DNA of 64,000 nt from Candidatus Velthaea sp. (GTDB taxonomy: Bacteria; Vulcanimicrobiota; Vulcanimicrobiia; Vulcanimicrobiales; Vulcanimicrobiaceae). Under the pieces are notes generated by a model. It was not told the DNA's origin. It ran no database searches and saw nothing but the letters and a program-made list of their open reading frames with translations. Positions 18,265 through 30,956 of the stretch are shown here, in pieces (the first letter of the stretch is position 1; each line of letters begins with the position of its first letter). The DNA lies in assembly GCA_050012475.1 (NCBI GenBank), contig JBEKHC010000004.1, forward strand, positions 44,297 to 108,296. The letters are read 5' to 3'. A program made the translations under genes and the position numbers.

Positions 18265-19851
18265 TCAATGCGAGCGGATCGTGAAACTCCACGCGCGCTC
18301 CGCCCGGTTTCCGGCCGCGTCGGCGACCGAGACCCGGACGTTCACCGTGCCGTCGCCCAGCGGAACGGTCGGGCTATAGGTGATGAAGCCGGCCGTGCGA
18401 TACGCGGAGGCCGTGACGTCGAGCCCGTTCACGTTGATCGACACCGTCGAAGGGTTGATCCCGATATTCGTCGGCGAGCTGAACGTCGCGAAGATGCTGG
18501 GCGCCGAGTTGTTCACCGTCTGGCCGGCCGGCGGCGCAAAGTCCGTAATCGTCGGCGGCGTCGTCGAGACGGCGATGAGCGCGGGCGCCTCGACGCGCGG
18601 GGCTTGCGTTCCGTTCACCTCGAGATGACCGTACACCGCGACTTGGCCGAAATTGACGTTGGGCGGAATCGTGTACTCGGCGCGGTAGACGCCCGGGCTG
18701 TCTTCGCGCAGCGGGACGCCTTCGACGTACGAGCCGATGTCGAAGGTCGCCTTGCCGCCCGGCGTGCCGTTCAATTTGACGTTGAACTTGTCGCCGGCGC
18801 GCAACGCGTTGGTGGCGTCGACGGCGAACGCGGTGATGCCGGCGGCTCCGGCCGCCGGCTGCGGTGTCGTCGGCATCGCGCGCGAGATCATGATCTGGCG
18901 CTTCTCTCCGGTGTCGGGATTGGAGCGCACGACGAGCGTGTCGCCGACGAGCGCATCGCCGATGTTCGCGTTCGCGCCGTTGAGCGTGATCGTCGTATCG
19001 TGGTCCGGCGCGATCACGTGACCGTCGCGCAGCACCAAGGCCGACGGTGAAACGGCGGCGACCGTTCCGGTGCGCGAGGCGTAGCGGTCGATGAGCTGAT
19101 CGACCTTTCCGTCTTTGGCCACGTAAACACTCACCGCGTCGCCGGCGTGCACGTCGGCCAGCGTCGCATTCGAGGTCGTTTTCGCGACCGTATCCTGCAG
19201 CACGATCTTGGCGTCGGAGTTGATCGCAATCGAGCGCACCGAGCCGCTGCGGGTCACGGTGATCGACTCCGGCGCCGAGTTGAGGTCGACGGCCGTGACC
19301 GTTCCGACGATTTGCGTTCCGCCGCCGCCGTCGGTTTGGGTCAGCGACGGCGTCCGCCCGATCAGCGACGACACGACGTCGACCCGCGCGGCCTTGGCAT
19401 CGTAGCTCACCGCGGCGCCGAGCGAATCGGCGACGAATCGCAGCGGCACGTAGGTGGCGCCGTCGATTTCGACCGCCGGGCCATCCATGCGCACGGTCTG
19501 GTTGTCGATTCGCGCAATATCCGAACCCAGCCGCAACGCGATCGTCTTACGCGGCGCAGCCGCCGAGATGTTGTCGCCGTCGCGCGAGACCGTGATGCCC
19601 AGCGCGCCGTAGATGCGCACGATCGGCAGCAGCAGCCGGCCGTTGACCACGCGCGGAGCCGGGTCGGCGGCGATATCCTCGCCGTTGATCGCGATCGCGA
19701 TGCTGCGGGTGGGGAACTCGGTTTTCGGCGTGGGCTTCGGCCCGGGATGCGCCGGCGCCGGTCGCGCCGGTGCGGGCGTCGAACCAGCGGCCGGCGCGCA
19801 AACCCCAATCAGGCAGACGGCAGCCAAGGTTTGCACCGTCTTCAGGAACAT
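18265..19851 (-). CDS. Exported protein with copper-amine-oxidase N-terminal (stalk) domain and beta-sandwich/Ig-like domains
   Basis: Signal peptide; INGEDI..P.P..VNGRLLLP, G.TYVPLRFVADSLGA.V.YD; C-terminal ..DAAGNRA..WSFTI. Confidence 0.85.
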   Translation of the reverse strand: MFLKTVQTLAAVCLIGVCAPAAGSTPAPARPAPAHPGPKPTPKTEFPTRSIAIAINGEDIAADPAPRVVNGRLLLPIVRIYGALGITVSRDGDNISAAAPRKTIALRLGSDIARIDNQTVRMDGPAVEIDGATYVPLRFVADSLGAAVSYDAKAARVDVVSSLIGRTPSLTQTDGGGGTQIVGTVTAVDLNSAPESITVTRSGSVRSIAINSDAKIVLQDTVAKTTSNATLADVHAGDAVSVYVAKDGKVDQLIDRYASRTGTVAAVSPSALVLRDGHVIAPDHDTTITLNGANANIGDALVGDTLVVRSNPDTGEKRQIMISRAMPTTPQPAAGAAGITAFAVDATNALRAGDKFNVKLNGTPGGKATFDIGSYVEGVPLREDSPGVYRAEYTIPPNVNFGQVAVYGHLEVNGTQAPRVEAPALIAVSTTPPTITDFAPPAGQTVNNSAPSIFATFSSPTNIGINPSTVSINVNGLDVTASAYRTAGFITYSPTVPLGDGTVNVRVSVADAAGNRAERAWSFTIRSH

Positions 19852-20852
19852 TCGATGACCTCGCGATAAACGGCGGCCGTGCCGGCCGCGAACCGATCCC
19901 AGGTATACGCGCGAAGAGGCAGCACGCCCTCGGCGGCCCGCGCGGCGAATGGTGCGGGATCGCGCACCAGGTCGTTGAGCAAGGCGGTCAGCTGCGCGAC
20001 ATTCGAGGCCTCGAACGTCGCGGCATACGGCTCGACGATCGAGGGGATCGCACCGCCGGCCGCGATGACCGGCGTCCCGACCACGCCTGCCTCGAGCATC
20101 GGGATGCCGAAGCCCTCGGTGAAGGCGGGATGAACGTACGCCAAGGCGGCCCGGTAGTGCCGGCGCAGGTCCGCCGGCGCCAGCTGTCCGCTGGGGATCA
20201 ACTTGCCCCGCGCCCGGGAAAATCGCGCAAGCAGTGCGGGGTCCGGGTTGCCGGTGACGCGCAGATCGATCTCCCGCTGGGGCGTGATCGCGGCCCAAGC
20301 CGCGTACAGCGTGGTCAAGTTTTTGTGCGGCTTGTGGTTGCCGGCGTAGAACAGGAATGGCCGTTCGACCGGCAGCGGCGGCGCGTCGTCGAGCAGCGCG
20401 GGATCGTAGCCCAAGGGGACGACCCGGCAGCGCTCCGGACGAACCCCCAGCCACGCTTCGCAATCGCCGACGGTGCGCAAATCGCCCATGAGCAGACGCG
20501 TCGCGCCGCGCGCGAGCGGAATGCCGACGAGCCGATAGTGCAGTGCGGTCGCGCGTCCGAACAGCGCCGGATAGCGCAAATGGATGAGGTCGTGAATCGT
20601 GAGCGCGTACGGGCGCGGGCGCAACAGCGGCGCAAACGTCGTCGGAAAGTGGACGCTCTTGGCCCCGCTGCGCACGATCGCGCAGGGCAGCCCCAGCTGT
20701 TCGGCCGGACCGAAGTTCTCGCCGCCGCCGACGCGCGCCGTCCGCAGATCCGGCGCGACGAGCGGCAAGCGCGCCAGCAGCTGGTGCAGATAGGCGCGGA
20801 CGCCGAATGACATGCGGCGCGTCACGCGCGCATCGATCGCGACGTCGATCAT
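19842..20852 (-). CDS. GT4 glycosyltransferase
   Basis: TIHDLIHL, YAGNHKPHKNL, HPAFTEGFGIPMLEA. Confidence 0.93.
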   Translation of the reverse strand: MIDVAIDARVTRRMSFGVRAYLHQLLARLPLVAPDLRTARVGGGENFGPAEQLGLPCAIVRSGAKSVHFPTTFAPLLRPRPYALTIHDLIHLRYPALFGRATALHYRLVGIPLARGATRLLMGDLRTVGDCEAWLGVRPERCRVVPLGYDPALLDDAPPLPVERPFLFYAGNHKPHKNLTTLYAAWAAITPQREIDLRVTGNPDPALLARFSRARGKLIPSGQLAPADLRRHYRAALAYVHPAFTEGFGIPMLEAGVVGTPVIAAGGAIPSIVEPYAATFEASNVAQLTALLNDLVRDPAPFAARAAEGVLPLRAYTWDRFAAGTAAVYREVIECS

Positions 20853-21864
20853 GCCAGCAGTTCGCGATACACCGCCGCGGTCGCGCGAACGGTGCGTTCC
20901 CAGGTCAGATCCCGCGTGGCTGCCTGCGCGGCGCCGCCGATCTCGCGAAAACGGTCGGGTTCAGCGAGCGCGCGCAGCAGCAATTCACCGAGCGCCGCCG
21001 CGTCGCCGGGCGCGAACGGCAGCGCGTGCGGCGCCAGCACGTGCGGCAGGGCGGTTTGGGCCGCGATCACCGCGACGCCGGCCCGCATCGCCTCGAGCAT
21101 GGGCAGACCGAAGCCTTCGCGCCACGCCGGATGAACGTACGCCCGCGCCCCGCGGTAGAGCGCAGCCAGTTCGGTTTCATCGATGTCGCCGGTGAACGCG
21201 AGCTTGCCGTGCTCGCGCGTCAGGCCGGCAAACGCCCCGCCCACGTCGTCGCGCCCGGTCAGCAGCAAGTCCACCTCGAGCGGCTGCGGGAGCGCCGCCC
21301 ACGCGCGCACCAGCGTGATGAGATCCTTGTGTCCGCGATGGTTGCCCGCGTAGAGAAAGTACGGTGCGTTTCCCATGCGCGCGGCAGGCGGCGCGGCGGC
21401 GAGATCGACGCCCAGCGGAATCACCCGGATGCGCGCAGCAGCGACGCCCAGGAACTGCTCGAGATCGGCGGCCGTCGACTCGTCGTCGGTGATCACCGCG
21501 CGCGCCCGGCGCGCCACCGGGCCGACGGCGTACCGGTAGTACGGACCGACTTTCCGTTTCCCGAATTGCGGATAGTGCAGATCGATCAGGTCGTGAATCG
21601 TCAGGATGAACGGCGCCGGAACGATGAGCGGCACGAACGGGCTGGGGATGTGCACCAGGCGCGGCCGGCGCCGGGCGATCGCCAGCGGCAGCGCGGCTTG
21701 TTCGGCCAGATCGAAGTTGTCGCCGGCGCCGACGAAGGCGCAGCGCAAATCGGGTGCGACGCGCGGCAGCAGTTCGACGAGCTTGCGCACGTAGAGCGCC
21801 ATCCCGGCCGACATGTGCGAGGTGATACGGCGATCGAACGCCACGTCGATGCGCCCGGCGCCGC

Positions 21865-21868
<4 letters not shown>
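20849..21868 (-). CDS. GT4 glycosyltransferase (paralog of the adjacent gene)
   Basis: TIHDLIDL, YAGNHRGHKDL, HPAWREGFGLPMLEAM; GTG start overlaps the GT2 stop. Confidence 0.93.
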
Positions 21869-24296
<2,428 letters not shown>

Positions 24297-24464
24297 TTAC
24301 GGCAACCTCTGCCCGACCATGCGAGCCCCCGTATCGATAAGTGACCGGCGACACGAAATCAACTCCTCTTTTCGAATTCCAATGGTTCCCTAAGCAATTT
24401 GGGATAACGTTGTATGCCAAGTCGCGGCGCCTGGTAGGGAGAGCACGCCGGCGCTAGTGGGAGT

Positions 24465-25832
24465 GTGAAGATGAGGTTGGGCTGGCAGCGCGCAGCCTTC
24501 GTCCTGGTGCTCGCCATTTTGGGAGTGTCGGCGGGGCTAGTCGGCTTCTTGGCGTTCCGACCCGTCGAGCGGCATGCCGCAAGCGAAGCCGTCGTCGCTG
24601 CGCCGGTCCGGGTTGCGCAGGCCGTCAGCACCTTTTTCGTCCCCGACCCGCGCAAGCTGTTCGGCAAAGACAACGTTCGCGTCTTGCTCGTCGGCCTGGA
24701 TTACGATTACGACGACAAAGATCAAGAAACGTCCAAGCAGTCGCGCAGCGACATCATCATGGCCCTCGACCTCAACCTGCGCGACCATCGCCTTGCCGAA
24801 CTGTCGATTCCCCGCGACATGGTCGCGACGATGCCCGACGGTTCGCAAGCCAAGATCAACGCCGCGCAATCCTTCGGCGGCATTCGCGAGTCGAAAACGG
24901 TCGTCGCGAACTGGCTGGGAATTCCGGGGTTCGACCGCTACATCGTCTTGCGGATCGACACCGCGAAAGATTTGGTCAACGCGATCGGCGGCATCGACGT
25001 CGACGTTCAGAACTCCAACGCGCTCAAACACACCGGTCCCAACGGCCCGATCGATTACGACGACCATTGGGGTCATCTGGCGATCCACCTCAAACCCGGC
25101 CGCCAGCATCTCGACGGCGAGAACGCGGTCGCGTATGCGCGCTTCCGCCATGATTGGTGCAGCGACCCGTGCCGGATCATGCGCCAGCAGCAGCTCATCC
25201 ACGCCGTGATCGACAAGATCGAGCGCGACAAATTCAACACCCTGACCCACATTCAGTCGTTGCTCGCGGTCGTGCGCAACGACGTCGAAACCGACATCTC
25301 ACCGCGCGAACAGCTCTCGACGGCCGTGGCCTATGCCCACCTCTCGGCGAAGGACATCCGCACCGCGCAGGTGCCGTACACGTCGACGATCGACCTCGGG
25401 CCGTACGGCGATTCGCTCGTCGCCGACGAAGACGAGAAAAAGCGGCTGGTCGCGGCGATGCTGCGCCCGGCGGGGAGCGATCCCGGCGTCGCCGTTACCG
25501 GAACGGCCGCGGCCCCCGCGCCGGCCGCCATCCGGATCCGGGTCGAGAACGGGACGCACGTTCCGGGTTTAGCCGCGCGGGTCGCCGCCGATCTGCGCCG
25601 CCGCGGTTTCGTCATCTCCGATGTTGCGGACGCCGACTCGCACAACGTCGCCGCAACGCAGATCCACGGTCGCAACGACAGCGCGCCGACGCTGGAAGTC
25701 GTACGCCAAGCGCTCGGCATGGGCGTCCCGGCAACCGCCGCCGTAGCGGACGCGCCCGCCGACACCGCCCCCGGCACGATCGTGGTCATTTTGGGGCAAG
25801 ACGTCGCCGCCACGGTTCCCGATACTCCTTAG
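24465..25832 (+). CDS. LCP (LytR-CpsA-Psr) family glycopolymer transferase with LytR C-terminal domain
   Basis: VLLVGLD, RSDIIM, LSIPRD, KINAA, LDGENAVAYARFRH..D..R..RQQ, IRVENGT...GLA. Confidence 0.94.
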   Translation: MKMRLGWQRAAFVLVLAILGVSAGLVGFLAFRPVERHAASEAVVAAPVRVAQAVSTFFVPDPRKLFGKDNVRVLLVGLDYDYDDKDQETSKQSRSDIIMALDLNLRDHRLAELSIPRDMVATMPDGSQAKINAAQSFGGIRESKTVVANWLGIPGFDRYIVLRIDTAKDLVNAIGGIDVDVQNSNALKHTGPNGPIDYDDHWGHLAIHLKPGRQHLDGENAVAYARFRHDWCSDPCRIMRQQQLIHAVIDKIERDKFNTLTHIQSLLAVVRNDVETDISPREQLSTAVAYAHLSAKDIRTAQVPYTSTIDLGPYGDSLVADEDEKKRLVAAMLRPAGSDPGVAVTGTAAAPAPAAIRIRVENGTHVPGLAARVAADLRRRGFVISDVADADSHNVAATQIHGRNDSAPTLEVVRQALGMGVPATAAVADAPADTAPGTIVVILGQDVAATVPDTP

Positions 25833-25838
25833 GCCGCG

Positions 25839-28800
25839 TCAGGTGCGCTCGCGCATCAAAACGGCGCGGGCGTGACTTCCGCCGTCGGGCCGCTCCGAGA
25901 CGGTGAATTCTTCCGTGAGCGCGGCAATGAGGAAGAGGCCGCGGCCGTTTTCAGCGTAGGGATCGCGCGGCAGCCGGCTGATGTGATTGAATCCTCCGCC
26001 CCCGTCGAGCACGTGTAGGACCGTCCGCGGCCCGCCATGACTGATGGCCACGTCGACCTCGGTCGTGTGCCGGGCATGCCGCACGACGTTGCCGATCAAT
26101 TCACCGAAGACGAGTTCAGCGTTGGCACGCGCTTCCGCCGCGAATCCCAGCCGCCGCAGCGACGCGACGAATTCACCTCGGACGACGCTGGCGGCGCGTC
26201 CGTCGGCGACGTCGAACTGCCAGCGGCTGACGTGCTGCTCCGCTTCCTGGTAATCGATGCGCACGACCAAGAGCGCCACGTCGTCGGACGAGCCGTCGGG
26301 AATGACTTGGCGCTTGATGAATGCCGCCGGGTGATCGGTCTTGACCGTGGCGAGTTTGGCCGCGGCTTCGGTCAGCAAGGTCGTGCCGGCGATGACGTCG
26401 CGGGCTGCCTCGGTGATCCCGTCCGTGTACAGCACGATTGCGTCGTCGTGCGCGATCGTAACCGTGTTCGCCTGGCCGCGCCGGCCTTGGCGCAACCCGA
26501 TGAGCATCGTCGTCGGGTCGGTAAGCTCGCGAACGGTGCCGTCCTTTGCGACGAGCAGCGGCGGCGGATGACCGGCGGAAGCGTACGTTATGGTTTTGGT
26601 CAACAGGTCGATCAAGCCGACCCACGCCGAAACGTACACGCCCGGATATTCAAGGCACAGCGCGCGATCGGCAGCGTCGAGGATGAGCATCGGATCGGCG
26701 TGCAATTGTGAGATGCCGCGAATGATTTGGCGGGCGACGCCGACGACGACCGCCGCTTGCAAACCGCTGCCCGAAACATCGCCGATCGAGACGAGGATTC
26801 GTCCGTCGGGGAGCCGGATCGCGTCGTACCAATCGCCGCCGACTTGCGCGTCGCGCAAGCCGGGCTCGTAGACCGCGTCGAAGGTGCAGCCCCTGATGTG
26901 CGGCAGCGACGCCGGCAAGACCGCGCGCTGAAACGTTCTGGACCAGCGGCGTTCGTGTTCGTACAGACGCTCGCGTTCAATCGTCTCGAGCCGCTCCTGC
27001 TCTGCGTGCATCTCATCGGCGAGACTGCGCATGTTCGTGTTGTCCCAGTTGATGCCGATGACGCGCACGACTTCGTCCGCCGCGTTCCGAATGCAAATGG
27101 CTTGCGCGCGGATGCTGCGAACCTCGCCGCTCGGCCAAACGACGCGGAACTCCGTATCGAACGGACGCAAACCGGCCAGCGCATCCTCGAAGGCACGCAC
27201 GGCGCGTTCCCGGTCGCTCGCGTGAAGCGTGCTTTTCCAGAGCTCGTACGACGGAACGACCGCAGCATCGAGTCCGTACAATTGAAACATATGGGTCAGC
27301 CAGGTCATCGAGCCCGTATCGGGCGCCCACTCCCAGAGCCCGACGCTTCCGGTCTGCGTTGCACGCGCGACGCGGGCGGTCAGCAGATCTCGCCCCCGTT
27401 CGGCGTCCTTGCGTTCGGTAATGTCGTGGAAAATGCCGGCAAGCGCGACGACGTCGCCCTTCGCCGAAAGCTCGGCTTGACCGGTGCAGCGAACGTCTCG
27501 AAAACGTTTGTCCGGCCGCAGAAGACGCGCTTCGTAGACAAACGGCTTGCCGTCGATCGCGGCTTGGCGAACGATTGCGGCGACGTCCACCCCGTTGGGG
27601 TCGTACAAGGCGAGGGCCTCTTCGAGCGTCGGTTTGTAGCCGGCGGGAAGTCCGACGATGCGATAGACTTCGTCGGACCAATAGATCTCGTTCGAACCCA
27701 GATCGATGCGCCAATGCCCGTAGTGCGCCATCTCCTCGGCCATCTTCATGAGCATGTTTGCGCGGCTCAGTGTCGCGGCGGTCGCGCGGTCGCGGACTGC
27801 CGTCGTGCGCAAATCCTCGGCGAGCACGCGGGCTTCGGTGACGTCCCAGTCGGCGCCCACGACGCGCGTCGGCGCGCCGCCCCCATCGAAGACGACGTTC
27901 GCAACGGCGCGCAGCGTGCGCTCCTCACCGCTGGGCCAAACGACGCGAAATTCCGTATCGAATTGCGCGCCGCTGTCGATCGTTCGCGCAAACGCCGCCT
28001 CCACGCGCGAACGGTCGTCCGCGTGGATCGCCGCCAGGGCGTTCTCGAGGGTCGGCACGAAACCGGTATCGGCGACGCCGAAGAGCTTGAACATCAGCGG
28101 ATCCCAGTTCACGTCGGCCGTTGCGACGTCCCAGTCCCAGATCCCGATCTGCAGCGCGCGCGTCGCCACGGTCACGCGCTCGAGCAGCAGCGTGCGCTCG
28201 CGTTCCGAAGCGGTGATCTCCGTTACGTCGTGCAGCACGCCGAAAAGCGCGACGAGCGTTCCATCGGAGGTGCGTTCGGGTTGGCCGCTGGAAACCACGT
28301 GGCGAATCGTGCCGTCCGGACGCACGATGCGTGATTCGTGCGTGAACGCGCTCCCGGTTGCGATGGCACGCTTGACGCCGCTCGACACAAACTCGCGATC
28401 GTCCGGATGATACTTGGCAAGTGCTTCCGCGAGCGTCGGCTGCTCGGCCGCCGGAACGTCGAAGATCTTATGGGTCTCGTCGGACCAATACAATTCGTTC
28501 GATAGCAGATCGAGCCGCCAATGGCCGATGTGCGTCATCCGCTCGGCGATCGCCAGCATCCGATTCTGTTCGCGCATACGCGATTCGGACCGTTGCCGCT
28601 CTTGCTCGGCGGCAGTGCGCTCGCGGCCATCCGCGATCGCCGCCAGCGTGAGGGTCCGGCCGCCGATTTGGATCGAGTTGAGCGCGACCTCGATCGGGAT
28701 GTCGCCGGCATCCTTGTGCCGGCCGCGGGCAGCGGGTCCGGAGCGAAAGCGCTCGGGAACGAGCAGTCCGATCGAGGTGCCGAGAAGCTCGCTGCGCGGA

Positions 28801-29831
28801 TAGCCGAAGAGCTTCTCGCTCTGCGCGTTGGCCAGCGTTATCCGGCCGCGCGCGTCGATGAGCAACAGCGCGCTCGGCGCGGCCTCGAAGACGAGGTTGA
28901 AGAGGGAGAGCTCTCCGGCGAGGACCATCGAGCGCGCCCGCCACGACGCCCACGTCGCGAGCAGAGCGAGGAGCACGAAGCTGGCGGAAACCATCGTCTG
29001 CAGTTTGCCGACGTACCAGGGCGTGCTGAAGCGGGCCGGCGCGAGCGCGTTGAGCCCCATGTCGAGCGCCGACGCGACCAGGACGACGACTATCCAGAAA
29101 TTGACCGCTCCGAGCGGGCGCGACGTGCGCAACACAAAACCGCCGGCTGCCAAGTTTACGAGGGCGGCGGCGACCGTCAAATCGCCCCAGAGCGGCAAAA
29201 ACGACGGCCCGCGCACGATCGCTGGAAGCCGGTCGTGCCCGACACTTACCGCGCCAACGGTCAGCGCCGCGACGGCGGCACCCGCCGCGAGCGCGAGTGC
29301 GGCTTCGCCCAACCGCCGCCGCGGGCCGGCGACGGCGTTCGCGCAAACGGCTCCGATGGTGACGGCGACCGGGAACGTGACGTGCCAAGTCAGGAGCAGC
29401 CAGGGAGAGCTTTGCTCCCCGCCGATGAAGCCGCCGGCACCGACCACCCCGGGAAACATGATCGCCCAGGGAACGATCAGCAACGCATTGACAACATAGG
29501 CGCTCCCGGTCGCCAGGTTCAGCCGGTTCCCTTCGTTCCAATACAAGTTCAGGAGCAACGCCGCGGCAAGCACATCGGCGGTGCCGACGACTCCAGCGAA
29601 GGCCGGGACGAACGCCGGCGCCACCGGAAAGCTGCGCTGCCGATCGCATGCTGCGGCCAGCGATGTCACGAACAGCAGTGCAATCATGCCGGCCGACATC
29701 CAGCGCTCGCGCGGCGACGCCGGAATCGCGTTCGCCTCGGCAAAACAAATCGTCTGGGCGAGATCGGGCGAAACGATCGGCTCGCAGCGAGATCGGTTCT
29801 CGTTCACCCAGGGGTCGCAAATTCGCTGCAC
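25839..29831 (-). CDS. MASE4 membrane sensor + 5 PAS + SpoIIE/PP2C phosphatase + RsbW-like HATPase (start uncertain)
   Basis: FPG..G..Q...WL..WH..FP (MASE4); repeated G.W.WD..W...HPDDR..E.R...PDG units; VGGDWYD, GDVSG.G, SAGHPPP, LYTDG, DDVA; ELIGNVVRHA, D.G.G, GRGLFLI. Confidence 0.9.
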   Translation of the reverse strand: MQRICDPWVNENRSRCEPIVSPDLAQTICFAEANAIPASPRERWMSAGMIALLFVTSLAAACDRQRSFPVAPAFVPAFAGVVGTADVLAAALLLNLYWNEGNRLNLATGSAYVVNALLIVPWAIMFPGVVGAGGFIGGEQSSPWLLLTWHVTFPVAVTIGAVCANAVAGPRRRLGEAALALAAGAAVAALTVGAVSVGHDRLPAIVRGPSFLPLWGDLTVAAALVNLAAGGFVLRTSRPLGAVNFWIVVVLVASALDMGLNALAPARFSTPWYVGKLQTMVSASFVLLALLATWASWRARSMVLAGELSLFNLVFEAAPSALLLIDARGRITLANAQSEKLFGYPRSELLGTSIGLLVPERFRSGPAARGRHKDAGDIPIEVALNSIQIGGRTLTLAAIADGRERTAAEQERQRSESRMREQNRMLAIAERMTHIGHWRLDLLSNELYWSDETHKIFDVPAAEQPTLAEALAKYHPDDREFVSSGVKRAIATGSAFTHESRIVRPDGTIRHVVSSGQPERTSDGTLVALFGVLHDVTEITASERERTLLLERVTVATRALQIGIWDWDVATADVNWDPLMFKLFGVADTGFVPTLENALAAIHADDRSRVEAAFARTIDSGAQFDTEFRVVWPSGEERTLRAVANVVFDGGGAPTRVVGADWDVTEARVLAEDLRTTAVRDRATAATLSRANMLMKMAEEMAHYGHWRIDLGSNEIYWSDEVYRIVGLPAGYKPTLEEALALYDPNGVDVAAIVRQAAIDGKPFVYEARLLRPDKRFRDVRCTGQAELSAKGDVVALAGIFHDITERKDAERGRDLLTARVARATQTGSVGLWEWAPDTGSMTWLTHMFQLYGLDAAVVPSYELWKSTLHASDRERAVRAFEDALAGLRPFDTEFRVVWPSGEVRSIRAQAICIRNAADEVVRVIGINWDNTNMRSLADEMHAEQERLETIERERLYEHERRWSRTFQRAVLPASLPHIRGCTFDAVYEPGLRDAQVGGDWYDAIRLPDGRILVSIGDVSGSGLQAAVVVGVARQIIRGISQLHADPMLILDAADRALCLEYPGVYVSAWVGLIDLLTKTITYASAGHPPPLLVAKDGTVRELTDPTTMLIGLRQGRRGQANTVTIAHDDAIVLYTDGITEAARDVIAGTTLLTEAAAKLATVKTDHPAAFIKRQVIPDGSSDDVALLVVRIDYQEAEQHVSRWQFDVADGRAASVVRGEFVASLRRLGFAAEARANAELVFGELIGNVVRHARHTTEVDVAISHGGPRTVLHVLDGGGGFNHISRLPRDPYAENGRGLFLIAALTEEFTVSERPDGGSHARAVLMRERT

Positions 29832-30081
29832 CGTGTCGTTGTCCTCAGCGCACCGTTAGGCATGAACATCCAAGCCAAAGGAGCAGCGACGAAGCCGCCT
29901 CGACCGGACGTCCTAAGAGTGCAGTGCGCACAAGCGTGGAGCATACGCGCGCACCGAGCTCACCCCCGAACCGGGGCCGGAACCCTCGAACGAGGCTCTT
30001 CTCGACGGCGGATCGCAACCATCCCGCGCTCGCAAGCGATGAACGATTGTTTTACAATGCGGTATTTCACTGCGACGCCGG

Positions 30082-30942
30082 TCAGCGAACGAACGAAACG
30101 AAGCGCTCCAATCCGCTATAGTCTTCGCCGATCTCGATGAACGCCGCCGGGAACATCTGCTCGACGAGCGCGGCGAGCGGTTCGATCGTACCCGGCGCCC
30201 CTTCGAGGAATACCGCGGCGTCGGCGGCAGCAACGGTTTCGAGTTGCCGCAGCAACCGGCGATACAAATCCAGACCGTCGGGACCGCCGTCGAGCGCGAT
30301 GCGTGGCTCGAATCCAGCCGGGTTCGGCGCCACCGGAACGTCGCGCGCGGGAATGTACGGCAGGTTTGCCACCACGGCGTCGAGCCGCTCGCCGAAGACC
30401 TTCAGCGGTGCGAGCAGGTCGCCGGCGACGAACGTGCAGCGTTGAAAAACGCCGTTGCGCGCGGCGTTGCGGCGCGCAACGCTCAGCGCAGCGGGCGAGA
30501 TATCGGTGGCATATACCGCAAGTTCCGGAAGCTCGCAAGCCAGCGTAATGCCCAGTGCACCGCTGCCCGTACCGATGTCGGCGATGATCCCGGCGGTTTT
30601 CCGCCGCGCGCGCAGATCGTCGATGACGGCTTCGACGACGTGTTCGCTTTCCGGGCGCGGCACGAGGACGCGCTCGTCGACCACGAACGTGCGGCCATAA
30701 AACCCCGCGTCGCCGACGATGTAGGCGACGGGCTCGCCGCGCTCGCGCCGGGCCACGAGTTCCTCGAACCGCGCGCGGCTCGCCGCATCGAGCAGCACGT
30801 CCGCGGTCACGATCAGTCCGGCACGGTCGCGGCCGGTGACGTATTCGAGCAGCCGGCTCGCGTCGAGCGCGCCCGTTTCGCCGACCGGCTGCAAGCGCCG
30901 TCCCGCGCTGCGCAGCGCGTCGCCGACAGTCACCCGCGCCAC
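30082..30942 (-). CDS. prmC: Release factor glutamine methyltransferase PrmC/HemK
   Basis: GEPVAYI.G..FYG..F.VD.RVLVPRPESE, DIGTGSG, ANLPYI, EP..ALDGG.DGL. Confidence 0.96.
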   Translation of the reverse strand: MARVTVGDALRSAGRRLQPVGETGALDASRLLEYVTGRDRAGLIVTADVLLDAASRARFEELVARRERGEPVAYIVGDAGFYGRTFVVDERVLVPRPESEHVVEAVIDDLRARRKTAGIIADIGTGSGALGITLACELPELAVYATDISPAALSVARRNAARNGVFQRCTFVAGDLLAPLKVFGERLDAVVANLPYIPARDVPVAPNPAGFEPRIALDGGPDGLDLYRRLLRQLETVAAADAAVFLEGAPGTIEPLAALVEQMFPAAFIEIGEDYSGLERFVSFVR

Positions 30943-30956
30943 CCAAACGAATCCAT

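Noticed and set aside
29832..30081. Riboswitch (e.g. c-di-GMP) upstream of the multi-PAS sensor
   Set aside because: No consensus aptamer motif recognised by eye.
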